Below, in pieces: positions 41,679 to 49,644 of a DNA stretch of 64,000 nucleotides. Every line of letters starts with the position of its first letter. Position 1 is the first letter of the stretch. The position numbers and the translations under genes are program-made. The DNA is taken from assembly GCA_963717515.1 (NCBI GenBank), contig OY970338.1, forward strand, positions 1,448,621 through 1,512,620. Direction: 5' to 3'. The notes below the pieces were generated by a model, which worked only from the letters and a program-made list of their open reading frames with translations, did not search any database and was not told where the DNA came from. This stretch comes from an uncultured Candidatus Woesearchaeota archaeon. GTDB lineage: Archaea; Nanobdellota; Nanobdellia; Woesearchaeales; DSVV01.

Positions 41679-42590
41679 ATGGAAAAAAACAGGATATTCT
41701 TTCATAAGCCCAACCTTGAGCTGTTCCACAGCATGGGCCTCTCGAGCGTTGACATGCATTACCATACCCGTTTCTCTGACAGCTATACGCGTATATCGAC
41801 TGTGATGAGAAAAGCCAGGAAAAAGAAGATGGGCGTGGCTATAACAGACCATAATGCGATCGAGGGCTGTGTCAAGGCATCCGCAAACAACATGGGCATC
41901 ATGATCATACCCGGCATAGAAATCAGCTCCAGTGACGGCCCTCATATACTTCTGTATTTCTATACCATAGATGAGCTGGGAGAGTTCTACAAGAAGCATA
42001 TAAAGCCGAACAAGCAGGGCAACCCGTACATGGCCGTCAAATTGAGTGTTGAAGAAATATTGAACAGGACGCGGGATTTCAGCTGCATGAGAGTCGCTGC
42101 CCATCCTTACGGGTTCGCAATAGCAAACCAAGGCCTGTCAAAAAGCGTGAAAAAGCATTATATAGATGAGAGCGTGTTCGATGACATCGATTCCATGGAA
42201 GTCATATGCGGAGGGATGACCAGGCGGCTCAACAGGAAGGCAGAAAAGAGGGCTGGAGAGCTTGAAAAAGGGTTTACAGGAGGATCTGACGGGCATACAA
42301 TATTTGAGCTCGGGAAGGTCGTGACCAGCAGCCATGCGCATGACGTTGAGAGCTTCCTCAAGAACATCAGCATGAAGAAAAATTTCGTCATCGGGACAGA
42401 GATTAGGACATTGTCCAAACTCATACACGGGACCAATATGATGTCGAGACACATGAGATATGCTGTCCCTACCCTCAGGCTCCAGTATCATATGAACAAG
42501 GGCAGGGTGAAAAACGTGCCTGCAAAGCTCATGAGGGGCTCAACTGCGCTCAGGGAAAGATTCAGGAATATCACGAACGGCAAAGATTAA
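41679..42590 (+). CDS. PHP-domain metal-dependent phosphoesterase
   Basis: DMHYHTRFSD, AITDHN, IPGIEIS, AAHPY, GGSDGH. Confidence 0.93.
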   Translation: MEKNRIFFHKPNLELFHSMGLSSVDMHYHTRFSDSYTRISTVMRKARKKKMGVAITDHNAIEGCVKASANNMGIMIIPGIEISSSDGPHILLYFYTIDELGEFYKKHIKPNKQGNPYMAVKLSVEEILNRTRDFSCMRVAAHPYGFAIANQGLSKSVKKHYIDESVFDDIDSMEVICGGMTRRLNRKAEKRAGELEKGFTGGSDGHTIFELGKVVTSSHAHDVESFLKNISMKKNFVIGTEIRTLSKLIHGTNMMSRHMRYAVPTLRLQYHMNKGRVKNVPAKLMRGSTALRERFRNITNGKD

Positions 42591-42650
42591 GTTTTTTATA
42601 TTGGTATTAGAATCTGGTTCTTGTTGCAGGCAAAACATCATATAACTGAC

Positions 42651-42814
42651 GCCCCTGTAGTCTAGCCTGGCGACCTTTTGTGTTCACCTGCGGTGAAACA
42701 AAGGCTCGAGCAAAATCCTGGGGTTGCCCTCATTCTGCGGGCAAGCCACTTTGTGCTCAGATAGGACGCACCGTTGCGGACGGCGTAACCCGGGTTCGAA
42801 TCCCGGCAGGGGCA
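42651..42814 (+). tRNA. tRNA-Arg(GCG) with ~90-nt D-loop insertion (about 42671-42760)
   Basis: GCCCCTG TA GTCTAGCCTGG[insert]ATAGGAC; loop TTGCGGA; CCGGGTTCGAATCCCGG CAGGGGCA. Confidence 0.88.
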
Positions 42815-43155
42815 TTATTTCTTCGAAATGATATCAATCCCTGCGGAATTCGAACATCTGCGGAAAACTTCGTTTTCCTTGACCTTTCGTTCGTGTTCCA
42901 CGAACTTCAAGGAATCCCGGCAGGGGCATTATTTCTTCGAAATGATATCAATCCCTGCGGAATTCGAACATCTGCGGAAAACTTCGTTTTCCTTGACCTT
43001 TCGTTCGTGTTCCACGAACTTCAAGGAATCCCGGCAGGGGCATTATTTCTTCGAAATGATATCAATCCCTGCGGAATTCGAACATCTGCGTAAAACTTCG
43101 TTTTCCTTGACCTTTCGTTCGTGTTCCACGAACTTCAAGGAATCCCGGCAGGGGC
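42798..43155 (+). repeat. Three tandem 114-bp direct repeats giving four copies of the tRNA-Arg 3' end
   Basis: GAATCCCGGCAGGGGC at 42798, 42912, 43026, 43140; units identical except G>T at 43091. Confidence 0.97.
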
Positions 43156-43158
43156 GTT

Positions 43159-44001
43159 TTATTTTTCAGAATCCATTCTTTTTTTCTCTTTTTGTTTAGG
43201 TAAATAATTATCTCTCGAAATGATTGATTTACCGATATTGCTTTCAATATCAACTCTTGTTCTTTTTGCGATGTTTCCACCTTTGTTTGCAGATTCCCTG
43301 CATTCCTCAAATCCCTGCGAGTCTTTTTCTCTTGTGATGTCGGTTGTTGCCTTTTCTCCAACCATTGTAAGAATAAGCTCCCAGTCAGTCATGTGATCTC
43401 GAAGATTCTGATTCTTTTTTTTAAGTTGCTTGAAATCTTTGTATTCACCCACTGTTTTTCCAAAAGTTGCTTTTGATATTTCATTTGTAAGAATTGAAAA
43501 TTCTTTTTGTGTTTTAATTTCTCTGTCATTCCATTCATCTGTTAATTCCTGTCTTACAGAAATTCCTCTTAATCGTTTGTCAATCCATTCTTTTGGATAC
43601 CCTTTGAGTTCATAATATTCTTTTATTCTATCCTGACCCAATTCTGGATTTTCAATCTCTTCAATTCTTTCATAACCAACTTGAGCCAGCCATTGTTTGA
43701 AAGGCTCGGCTCTAGGAGATGGAATCGATTGAATTAACCTGAATATCTCTTTGGTATTGCCTATGTCTGTAAGCCTCAATTTACCATCGACTGCTGGCAT
43801 TTTCAAAGCGTTACAATTTGTAACGGTTTCATTTCCTTCATCTTTAAGTCTCTTTTTAAGGACTCTCCAATACACTTGAGGATTGTCACTTTCTGTTAAA
43901 ACAGCTATAATGTCAACTATAGAAAAATACCATTTTTCATTATACCAGATACGTCGGATTTTTTTATCCTGAAAAACTACCAGTTTATTCTTATCTTCCA
44001 T
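43159..44001 (-). CDS. Bro-N domain protein (phage antirepressor-like)
   Basis: IRRIWYNEKWYFSIVDII, DGKLRLTD, RLIQSIPSPRAEPFKQWLA, NLRDHMT; visibly more AT-rich than neighbours. Confidence 0.9.
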   Translation of the reverse strand: MEDKNKLVVFQDKKIRRIWYNEKWYFSIVDIIAVLTESDNPQVYWRVLKKRLKDEGNETVTNCNALKMPAVDGKLRLTDIGNTKEIFRLIQSIPSPRAEPFKQWLAQVGYERIEEIENPELGQDRIKEYYELKGYPKEWIDKRLRGISVRQELTDEWNDREIKTQKEFSILTNEISKATFGKTVGEYKDFKQLKKKNQNLRDHMTDWELILTMVGEKATTDITREKDSQGFEECRESANKGGNIAKRTRVDIESNIGKSIISRDNYLPKQKEKKRMDSEK

Positions 44002-44183
44002 TGTTTAAATGGTAATCTTGCTATATTTATATATTTTAAGCTAGCTTGTCCAGTGGCAAGGGGAAAAATGAGATTAGAGTAATAGAATGGTATATATTGA
44101 AATCCCACCAAAATAGACAAAAAGGCACTGTGCCCGGCAGGGGCATATTATTTTCCAGGAAGAATGATATCGATATGCACAAG

Positions 44184-44699
44184 CTACCTGCCAAGCCTTC
44201 TGCCATCCAGGCTCCGTGGCCGGTATCCTATGAAGATCCTGTCCTTGTAATTGCCATCGTTTCTCTTGAGGACCTTATGTCGGCTGTTGACTATCTGGAC
44301 AAGCATGGATGTGCCGATAGGGATGTCATAAAGAGCGTTCGCCTCATCTATCGATGATAAGCCGGCATATTTCCTGAAATGCCCAGATTGATAAGGAGTG
44401 TATCTTGGCTCGAATCCGATCACTTTTATATGGTTGATGACCCCTGACCATTTCCTCTCTTCAGATTCATACCATTGCAGAAGTTCATACCCGTCTCCTT
44501 CATAATCCAGAGCAGGCTTCGGCTCTTTCCTCATGACGATATTTCCAAGATGCCTTACGCTCATTAGGCCGCTGGAGCCTGAGACATCTGCCAGCAGGAT
44601 CCTGTTCGATCTCTCGATGTCTATCCAGTCAGGATATTCCCTGACAAGGCTAGCATATATCAAATCAAATGGGATGTAATCCTTCTCTTCCTCTGACAT
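44184..44699 (-). CDS. Hypothetical protein
   Basis: 171-aa ORF with upstream TTTATAA-type tract; no motif recognised. Confidence 0.55.
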   Translation of the reverse strand: MSEEEKDYIPFDLIYASLVREYPDWIDIERSNRILLADVSGSSGLMSVRHLGNIVMRKEPKPALDYEGDGYELLQWYESEERKWSGVINHIKVIGFEPRYTPYQSGHFRKYAGLSSIDEANALYDIPIGTSMLVQIVNSRHKVLKRNDGNYKDRIFIGYRPRSLDGRRLGR

Positions 44700-44773
44700 G
44701 TCCGCAGGAAAGCGAGAACATTATTTATAATTAATGCAAAATACGAACTTAGGTCTGCTCTAGGATAATAGAT

Positions 44774-46213
44774 TCAATTGTTTATTCCCGGCAGCCAGAA
44801 TGAGAACGTGCTTCCCTTACTCGAGGACTCAAGCCTGATGTACCCCTTATGGGCTTCGATTATCTCCCTTGATATGGCCAGCCCGAGCCCGGTGCCTAGT
44901 CTCCTGTACTTCGTGTCGAGCTGGCTGAATTTTACAAAGAGCTTGTCCATGTCTTCTTTCTTGATGCCGATGCCGGTATCCTTCACCTGGACAAGAACCC
45001 CTCCTTCCTTTTCTGATGCTGATATCCTGACACTGCCTTCTTCAGTGAACTTGAATGCATTTATCATCAGGTTGCAGAGCACCTGGATGATCCTTCCGCT
45101 GTCAACCCGCACCCTGGGCAGTCCGGCACTGACGCTCTTTGTGAATTTCAGGTTCCCTGCCTCGGTCTTCATCTGCAGGTAGGATGTTTCAAGGACCTTC
45201 TCCATGTCTGTCTCCTTCATCTCAAACCTCATCTTCCTGCTCTCGAGCTTAACGATGTCAAGGAAATCATCCACGAGGTGCTTCATCCGCCAGGACTCCT
45301 CGCTTATGACTTCAATATGCTTCCTCTCGGTCGCTCCCAGCTTACCCTTCTTAAGAAGCATCTTTGAATATCCGACGATCGAGGTCAGTGGGTTCCTCAA
45401 CTCATGTGCTGTTATGTTCATGAACTCGACCTTCGTCTCATTCGCCTCTTCAAGCTTCTTCTCCTTCATCTTGATGTCCCTGAACATTGCTGTGTAGGGC
45501 TCCCTCAGGTTCGTGACTATGACTGCCTGGTATATCATTGCAAATGACGTGAGCTTGAAGAAATGCCCTATCAGGTTGAAAAGTCCGAATGGGTCTGTAT
45601 ACAAAGTGAATGACAGCTCACCCAATACTGTAAAGACGATCGATGCTGCGAGTAGCCTGTAGATGTAGCGGGAGAACCTGAGCCTGTTCTTCCAAAGCAG
45701 ATACAGGGCGATTAGGAGGATTGCACATATGATGTACTCGGTTGCAATCTTGAACACAGTCAGGCCGTTGTCGAATGCTGTCGGGAATATGCCTATCGTG
45801 ATAGTGGTCACAATAATTGCAAAGACAGCTGTGAAGCCTACCCAGACAAGCCTGAAATCCGGCCTGCGTTTCAGCAGGAGAGGTGCCACCATGAAGGACA
45901 CTGCCTCGACAAACCTCGCAGATATCCAGTACTGGGTCGCCATGTTCGCGCCATGACCTATTACATTGATCCCTTCATAGGAAAGGGTGTGCAATGTATC
46001 GATGAACGCAATGAAGAGATATGCGATGCCGAGGAAGAGGAAATAGTCATTCCTGTTTATCCTCCTGGTGTTCCATGCGACCATGAAGATCCCAGCTGCT
46101 ATGAATATGCTCGCGAATTCAGCGATGCTGTGGAAAAGGAGGTAATTGAATCTGCTTATTATGAAAAGGACTGCGAAAAAGAAAAGCCATATCAGGATAT
46201 CCCGGGGCTTCAT
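44774..46213 (-). CDS. MASE3-domain sensor histidine kinase
   Basis: HSIAEFASI, DTLHTLSY (MASE3); HELRNPL, NLMINAFKFT, DTGIGI, GTGLGLAI; start MKPRD preferred over TTG 46303. Confidence 0.92.
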   Translation of the reverse strand: MKPRDILIWLFFFAVLFIISRFNYLLFHSIAEFASIFIAAGIFMVAWNTRRINRNDYFLFLGIAYLFIAFIDTLHTLSYEGINVIGHGANMATQYWISARFVEAVSFMVAPLLLKRRPDFRLVWVGFTAVFAIIVTTITIGIFPTAFDNGLTVFKIATEYIICAILLIALYLLWKNRLRFSRYIYRLLAASIVFTVLGELSFTLYTDPFGLFNLIGHFFKLTSFAMIYQAVIVTNLREPYTAMFRDIKMKEKKLEEANETKVEFMNITAHELRNPLTSIVGYSKMLLKKGKLGATERKHIEVISEESWRMKHLVDDFLDIVKLESRKMRFEMKETDMEKVLETSYLQMKTEAGNLKFTKSVSAGLPRVRVDSGRIIQVLCNLMINAFKFTEEGSVRISASEKEGGVLVQVKDTGIGIKKEDMDKLFVKFSQLDTKYRRLGTGLGLAISREIIEAHKGYIRLESSSKGSTFSFWLPGINN

Positions 46214-46315
46214 GAATGCGGGGTATTCATAGAGTTTATTTAAAGTTATTCCGATAAAAGCAAAAAATATTAATACTCGATAGATGTATTGCCTGTCCCT
46301 CAAAGAGGTGAGAAC

Positions 46316-46540
46316 ATGGCTTCGGTGTTTTATTTCAGCAATGGCGCGACAGCAGACAGTATCAGCTCACTTGCCAAGATCCTTGAGCAGGTTGACGACG
46401 ACACATTCAGCTATCACTGCAACAATGAGAAGAATGATTTCTACAACTGGATTTCTGACGGGCTCGGGGAAAAGGCGCTTGCATCAAAGATCAAGAGGAT
46501 AAAGACCCGGAAGGGGCTCATCAAGAAACTGATGGCATGA
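46316..46540 (+). CDS. DUF5752-like small protein
   Basis: FSYHCNNEKNDFYNWISDGLGEKALA; SD GAGGTG. Confidence 0.75.
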   Translation: MASVFYFSNGATADSISSLAKILEQVDDDTFSYHCNNEKNDFYNWISDGLGEKALASKIKRIKTRKGLIKKLMA

Positions 46541-46573
46541 GCATTCATCCCAGGTAGGTGCGGGTGATCCCTC

Positions 46574-47500
46574 TCATTTGATTTTTCTTTTGATAAATAA
46601 TCCTGCCAGCGAATCCCTTGCAGATTCAAGATTATTTTTCATCCTTTTTATGGCCAATTTTGGTGTGCCTGCCTCTGACAGGTTCTTCTTCAGCCTGTTG
46701 TAGTCCCTGTTCATCCGGTTGATCTGCCTCTCGACCATATGCAGCCTTTTCTCAATCGGCTTGTTGAGATTCCTTGAGAAATCTGCAAACTCATACTCGA
46801 CTGAACCATCCCGTATTTCCCCCTTCGTCATCCTGAAATATTCTGCCTTCAGATACTTGCCGGCAAGGAGCAGCCTCCCCTCTTTTCTCAGCCTTCTCAC
46901 GCTGACCTTAATATAAACCGAATTCAGGAGCCTTAATGGCCTGAGTTTTGAGGCTCTCCTGACCAGGTCATGGTCCTCAGCAAGAGTAATCGATTCATCA
47001 AAACCCCCAATGCGGAAAAAAAGCCTCCTGGAGATGAAGATACAGAATCCCGGGGCATGGGCCGAGGTGAACTGGCCGAGTTTGATATATGAATATGCCA
47101 GCTCATGCATGACCTTGTCCACATAGAGGCTGGACAGAGGCCTGAACTCGCATGATGCAAGGTCAAGGAACCTCTCCTGCATCTCACTGTGTGCTTTTTC
47201 AAGGAAACCTCTCGGAAGCTTTACATCTGCATCAAAGAAGAACAGAAGTTCACCCCTGGCAGCTTCTGCTCCCCTGTTCCTGCCAGGTCCGGGCATCCCT
47301 CCCTTCACGACCCTTGCCCTGAATCTTTTGGCAATCTTTTTTGTCTTGTCTGTAGAACCTGCGTCAGCGATGATTATCTCGTAATCCGTGAAATCCTGCT
47401 TCCTTATGCTCTCAAGGAGCTTCGGGAGGTACTTCTCCTCATTCAGCGTCGGGATGATTAAGCTAATCTTGGGCATTGGAATATCAATATGGCCAGTCAA
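46574..47500 (-). CDS. GT2 glycosyltransferase with C-terminal helical extension
   Basis: SLIIPTLNEE, DAGSTD, GRNRGA, FFDAD, EDHDL, VSVRR. Confidence 0.93.
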   Translation of the reverse strand: MTGHIDIPMPKISLIIPTLNEEKYLPKLLESIRKQDFTDYEIIIADAGSTDKTKKIAKRFRARVVKGGMPGPGRNRGAEAARGELLFFFDADVKLPRGFLEKAHSEMQERFLDLASCEFRPLSSLYVDKVMHELAYSYIKLGQFTSAHAPGFCIFISRRLFFRIGGFDESITLAEDHDLVRRASKLRPLRLLNSVYIKVSVRRLRKEGRLLLAGKYLKAEYFRMTKGEIRDGSVEYEFADFSRNLNKPIEKRLHMVERQINRMNRDYNRLKKNLSEAGTPKLAIKRMKNNLESARDSLAGLFIKRKIK

Positions 47501-47573
47501 TATTTAAAATTTATCCATTTTATGCCTGCATTTTCAATTAATTTTAAATACCCATGACATATAACCTTCGATA

Positions 47574-48012
47574 ATGAAGAAAAAAATCCTAGTAGTGGAC
47601 GATGAATACACTATCAGGGAGCTTGTCGACCTGACGCTCGCGCCGGAATATGACGTCATCAAGGCAGAGAACGGCAAAGAGGGGCTTGAGATGATAAAAC
47701 AGAACCCTGATCTCGTGATACTTGATATAATGATGCCCCAGATGGACGGCTGATGAGGTGTGCGAGAAGCTCAAGACAGATGAGAAGACCAGGCATATAC
47801 CTGTGATAATGCTCACTGCAAAGCACTCCATGGAAGACCTAAAGAAGGCTGTCAAAGTAGATGTCGACGAGTACATAACAAAGCCATTCGAGCCTGAGTT
47901 CCTCAAGAAGAGGGTCGATGCATACCTGGGCGATGAGAAGAAAGACATCAAGAGCAGGCTGTTCCAGTACGACAAGTCCCTGCATTATGTGAAGGAGAGG
48001 GAGGAAGACTAG
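47574..48012 (+). pseudogene. CheY-like response regulator with a 1-nt insertion at about 47752
   Basis: MKKKILVVDDE...DLVILDIMMPQMDG then TGA; the next frame continues EVCEKLK...IPVIMLTA...YITKPF (GGC T[G]AT GAG). Confidence 0.85.
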
Positions 48013-48659
48013 AGCACCTTGCTCCCGTTGATATAGAGCCCGAAGCTGCATCCCAGGAATTCTGCCGCCCGCCGTGCCATGAGCATCCTGTCCATGAATA
48101 TCTCGAAATATTCCATGACCGGGCTTATGCCTGTATCGATCGTTAGCTCAAGCGCGATTGCATTCTCATCAGGCTTCACATTGAGAAAAGACTTCTCCAC
48201 AGCCCAGTTGACCCTGTCGTGGATATCCATCTTTATGTCTACTGTCTTTCTCACACGGCTCTTGTGGACGTCGGTCTTGTCTGCAATTATCAGGGCTGCT
48301 GCAATGAAGCTTATCGGGTGGCCCTCGTCTTCATGATGGTTTCCGATCGCCCCGACGATGTCCATTATGTCATTGATGTCAAATCCCATCTCATTGAGGA
48401 GATCGTAGACGATGACAGCGCCTGTCTGAGCGTGATTCACCCTGTTTATCGCATTGCCTATGTCATGGAGATAGCCTGCAATCTCTGCAAGCTTCTGCTC
48501 CCTCTCTGAATAATCAAGCCTTTTCAGGATATTATGCGCGATATTTGAGACGAGCTCAGCATGCCTCCTCCCATGCTCAGTGAACCCGAGATTGCCTATG
48601 AACTCGTCAGTCTTTGCAAGCATGACCTCGACACGTGGGTTCTCTTTGATGTGCTGCAT
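48009..48659 (-). CDS. HD-domain phosphohydrolase
   Basis: TEHGRRHA, YLHDIGN, IGNHHE, IADKTD. Confidence 0.92.
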   Translation of the reverse strand: MQHIKENPRVEVMLAKTDEFIGNLGFTEHGRRHAELVSNIAHNILKRLDYSEREQKLAEIAGYLHDIGNAINRVNHAQTGAVIVYDLLNEMGFDINDIMDIVGAIGNHHEDEGHPISFIAAALIIADKTDVHKSRVRKTVDIKMDIHDRVNWAVEKSFLNVKPDENAIALELTIDTGISPVMEYFEIFMDRMLMARRAAEFLGCSFGLYINGSKVL

Positions 48660-48751
48660 ATTGAAAGTCCTATATCTCCTTGATTTTAATATTTTCCGCT
48701 TGAGAGTCAGGATGTGTCTTGCCAGCCGGCCCAGAAATAATAAGCAATCAT

Positions 48752-49510
48752 CTAATAATATGGTACAATCTTGCTAATGTCCCTGCCGGGAAGGTTTCTT
48801 GCCTTCATGCATTGGAGTTCATGCGTGCATATATTGGAGCAGTAATCATTCATGGATGTCATGACCTGCCATGAAAATGCATTGCTCTTCAAGAACAATG
48901 GCATCGCCCCGAATTCATCCTTGGTATGGGGGGGCTTCTGGTTGATATTCTCATTTATGAATTTAAGAGTTTGGTTTTCACCCAGGCTTTGGATGACATA
49001 TCCAAGCATCTCCTTGTAATGACTGGGATCACAGAATCCCTGATTGACCGGGTTTTTCTGGTTCAGTGCAATTGTCTTCCCATAACAGACACTCTCATTA
49101 TAGATGAATCTCTTCACTGCTTCATTATATCCTATATCACCATTATTCTCAATGCTCTTCTGGAACTTGAAGTCCTGCATCGGCTTCTTCAGACCGAGAA
49201 TATTGAGGGCGACAGACATGATGATGGATTCATACCCTGCAAGTTCATGCGGGATATTTTTCCTGATCCCTTCCATCTGCCGGGAATCAACCAAAGTCTT
49301 ATATCTGTCATTAAGGGCATCAGGGTCATATTTACTGATTTTAACTGCCGGGGTGATCTCAACCAGAGATGGTTCCTCCCGAGATATGTAAATGGGTGCA
49401 TTGGGTCCATTCCTGAGAAAAAACCTTTCAAGAGCTACAGGATGCTGACCAATCAATATGCTTTCCAGACTTCGCTCTTGCGCTTCCTGTGCCAAAGAAA
49501 CATTATCCAT
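48752..49510 (-). CDS. Hypothetical protein
   Basis: 252-aa ORF with AT-rich upstream region; no motif recognised. Confidence 0.55.
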   Translation of the reverse strand: MDNVSLAQEAQERSLESILIGQHPVALERFFLRNGPNAPIYISREEPSLVEITPAVKISKYDPDALNDRYKTLVDSRQMEGIRKNIPHELAGYESIIMSVALNILGLKKPMQDFKFQKSIENNGDIGYNEAVKRFIYNESVCYGKTIALNQKNPVNQGFCDPSHYKEMLGYVIQSLGENQTLKFINENINQKPPHTKDEFGAMPLFLKSNAFSWQVMTSMNDYCSNICTHELQCMKARNLPGRDISKIVPYY

Positions 49511-49644
49511 TTTTTATACTATCTGATATGATATTGTAATATATTGTATTAAGTATTTATAAACTTTTCTATCTTTTAGTATATAATAGGCCTAATTTCC
49601 ACATTAAACCACCCAAACCCTGGTCAAATAATTAGAAACAACAG

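Larger units (their letters stand above)
42798..44145. mobile_element. tRNA-Arg-anchored islet bounded by att-like copies; no integrase inside
   Basis: Distal CCCGGCAGGGGCA at 44133-44145 followed by TATTATTTT..AATGATATC, resembling the repeat's first spacer bases. Confidence 0.6.

Noticed and set aside
42798-43155. CRISPR array interpretation
   Set aside because: Intervening sequences are identical, the repeat is a tRNA end, and no cas genes are present
42680-43361. ORFs 42680..43093, 42828..43199 and 43062..43361 with repeated peptides
   Set aside because: They are by-products of the 114-bp (3n) repeat and overlap the tRNA or the Bro-N gene
47751-47756. TGA read-through, selenocysteine or an alternative genetic code
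   Set aside because: The protein continues in a different frame, and TGA is a normal stop throughout the window
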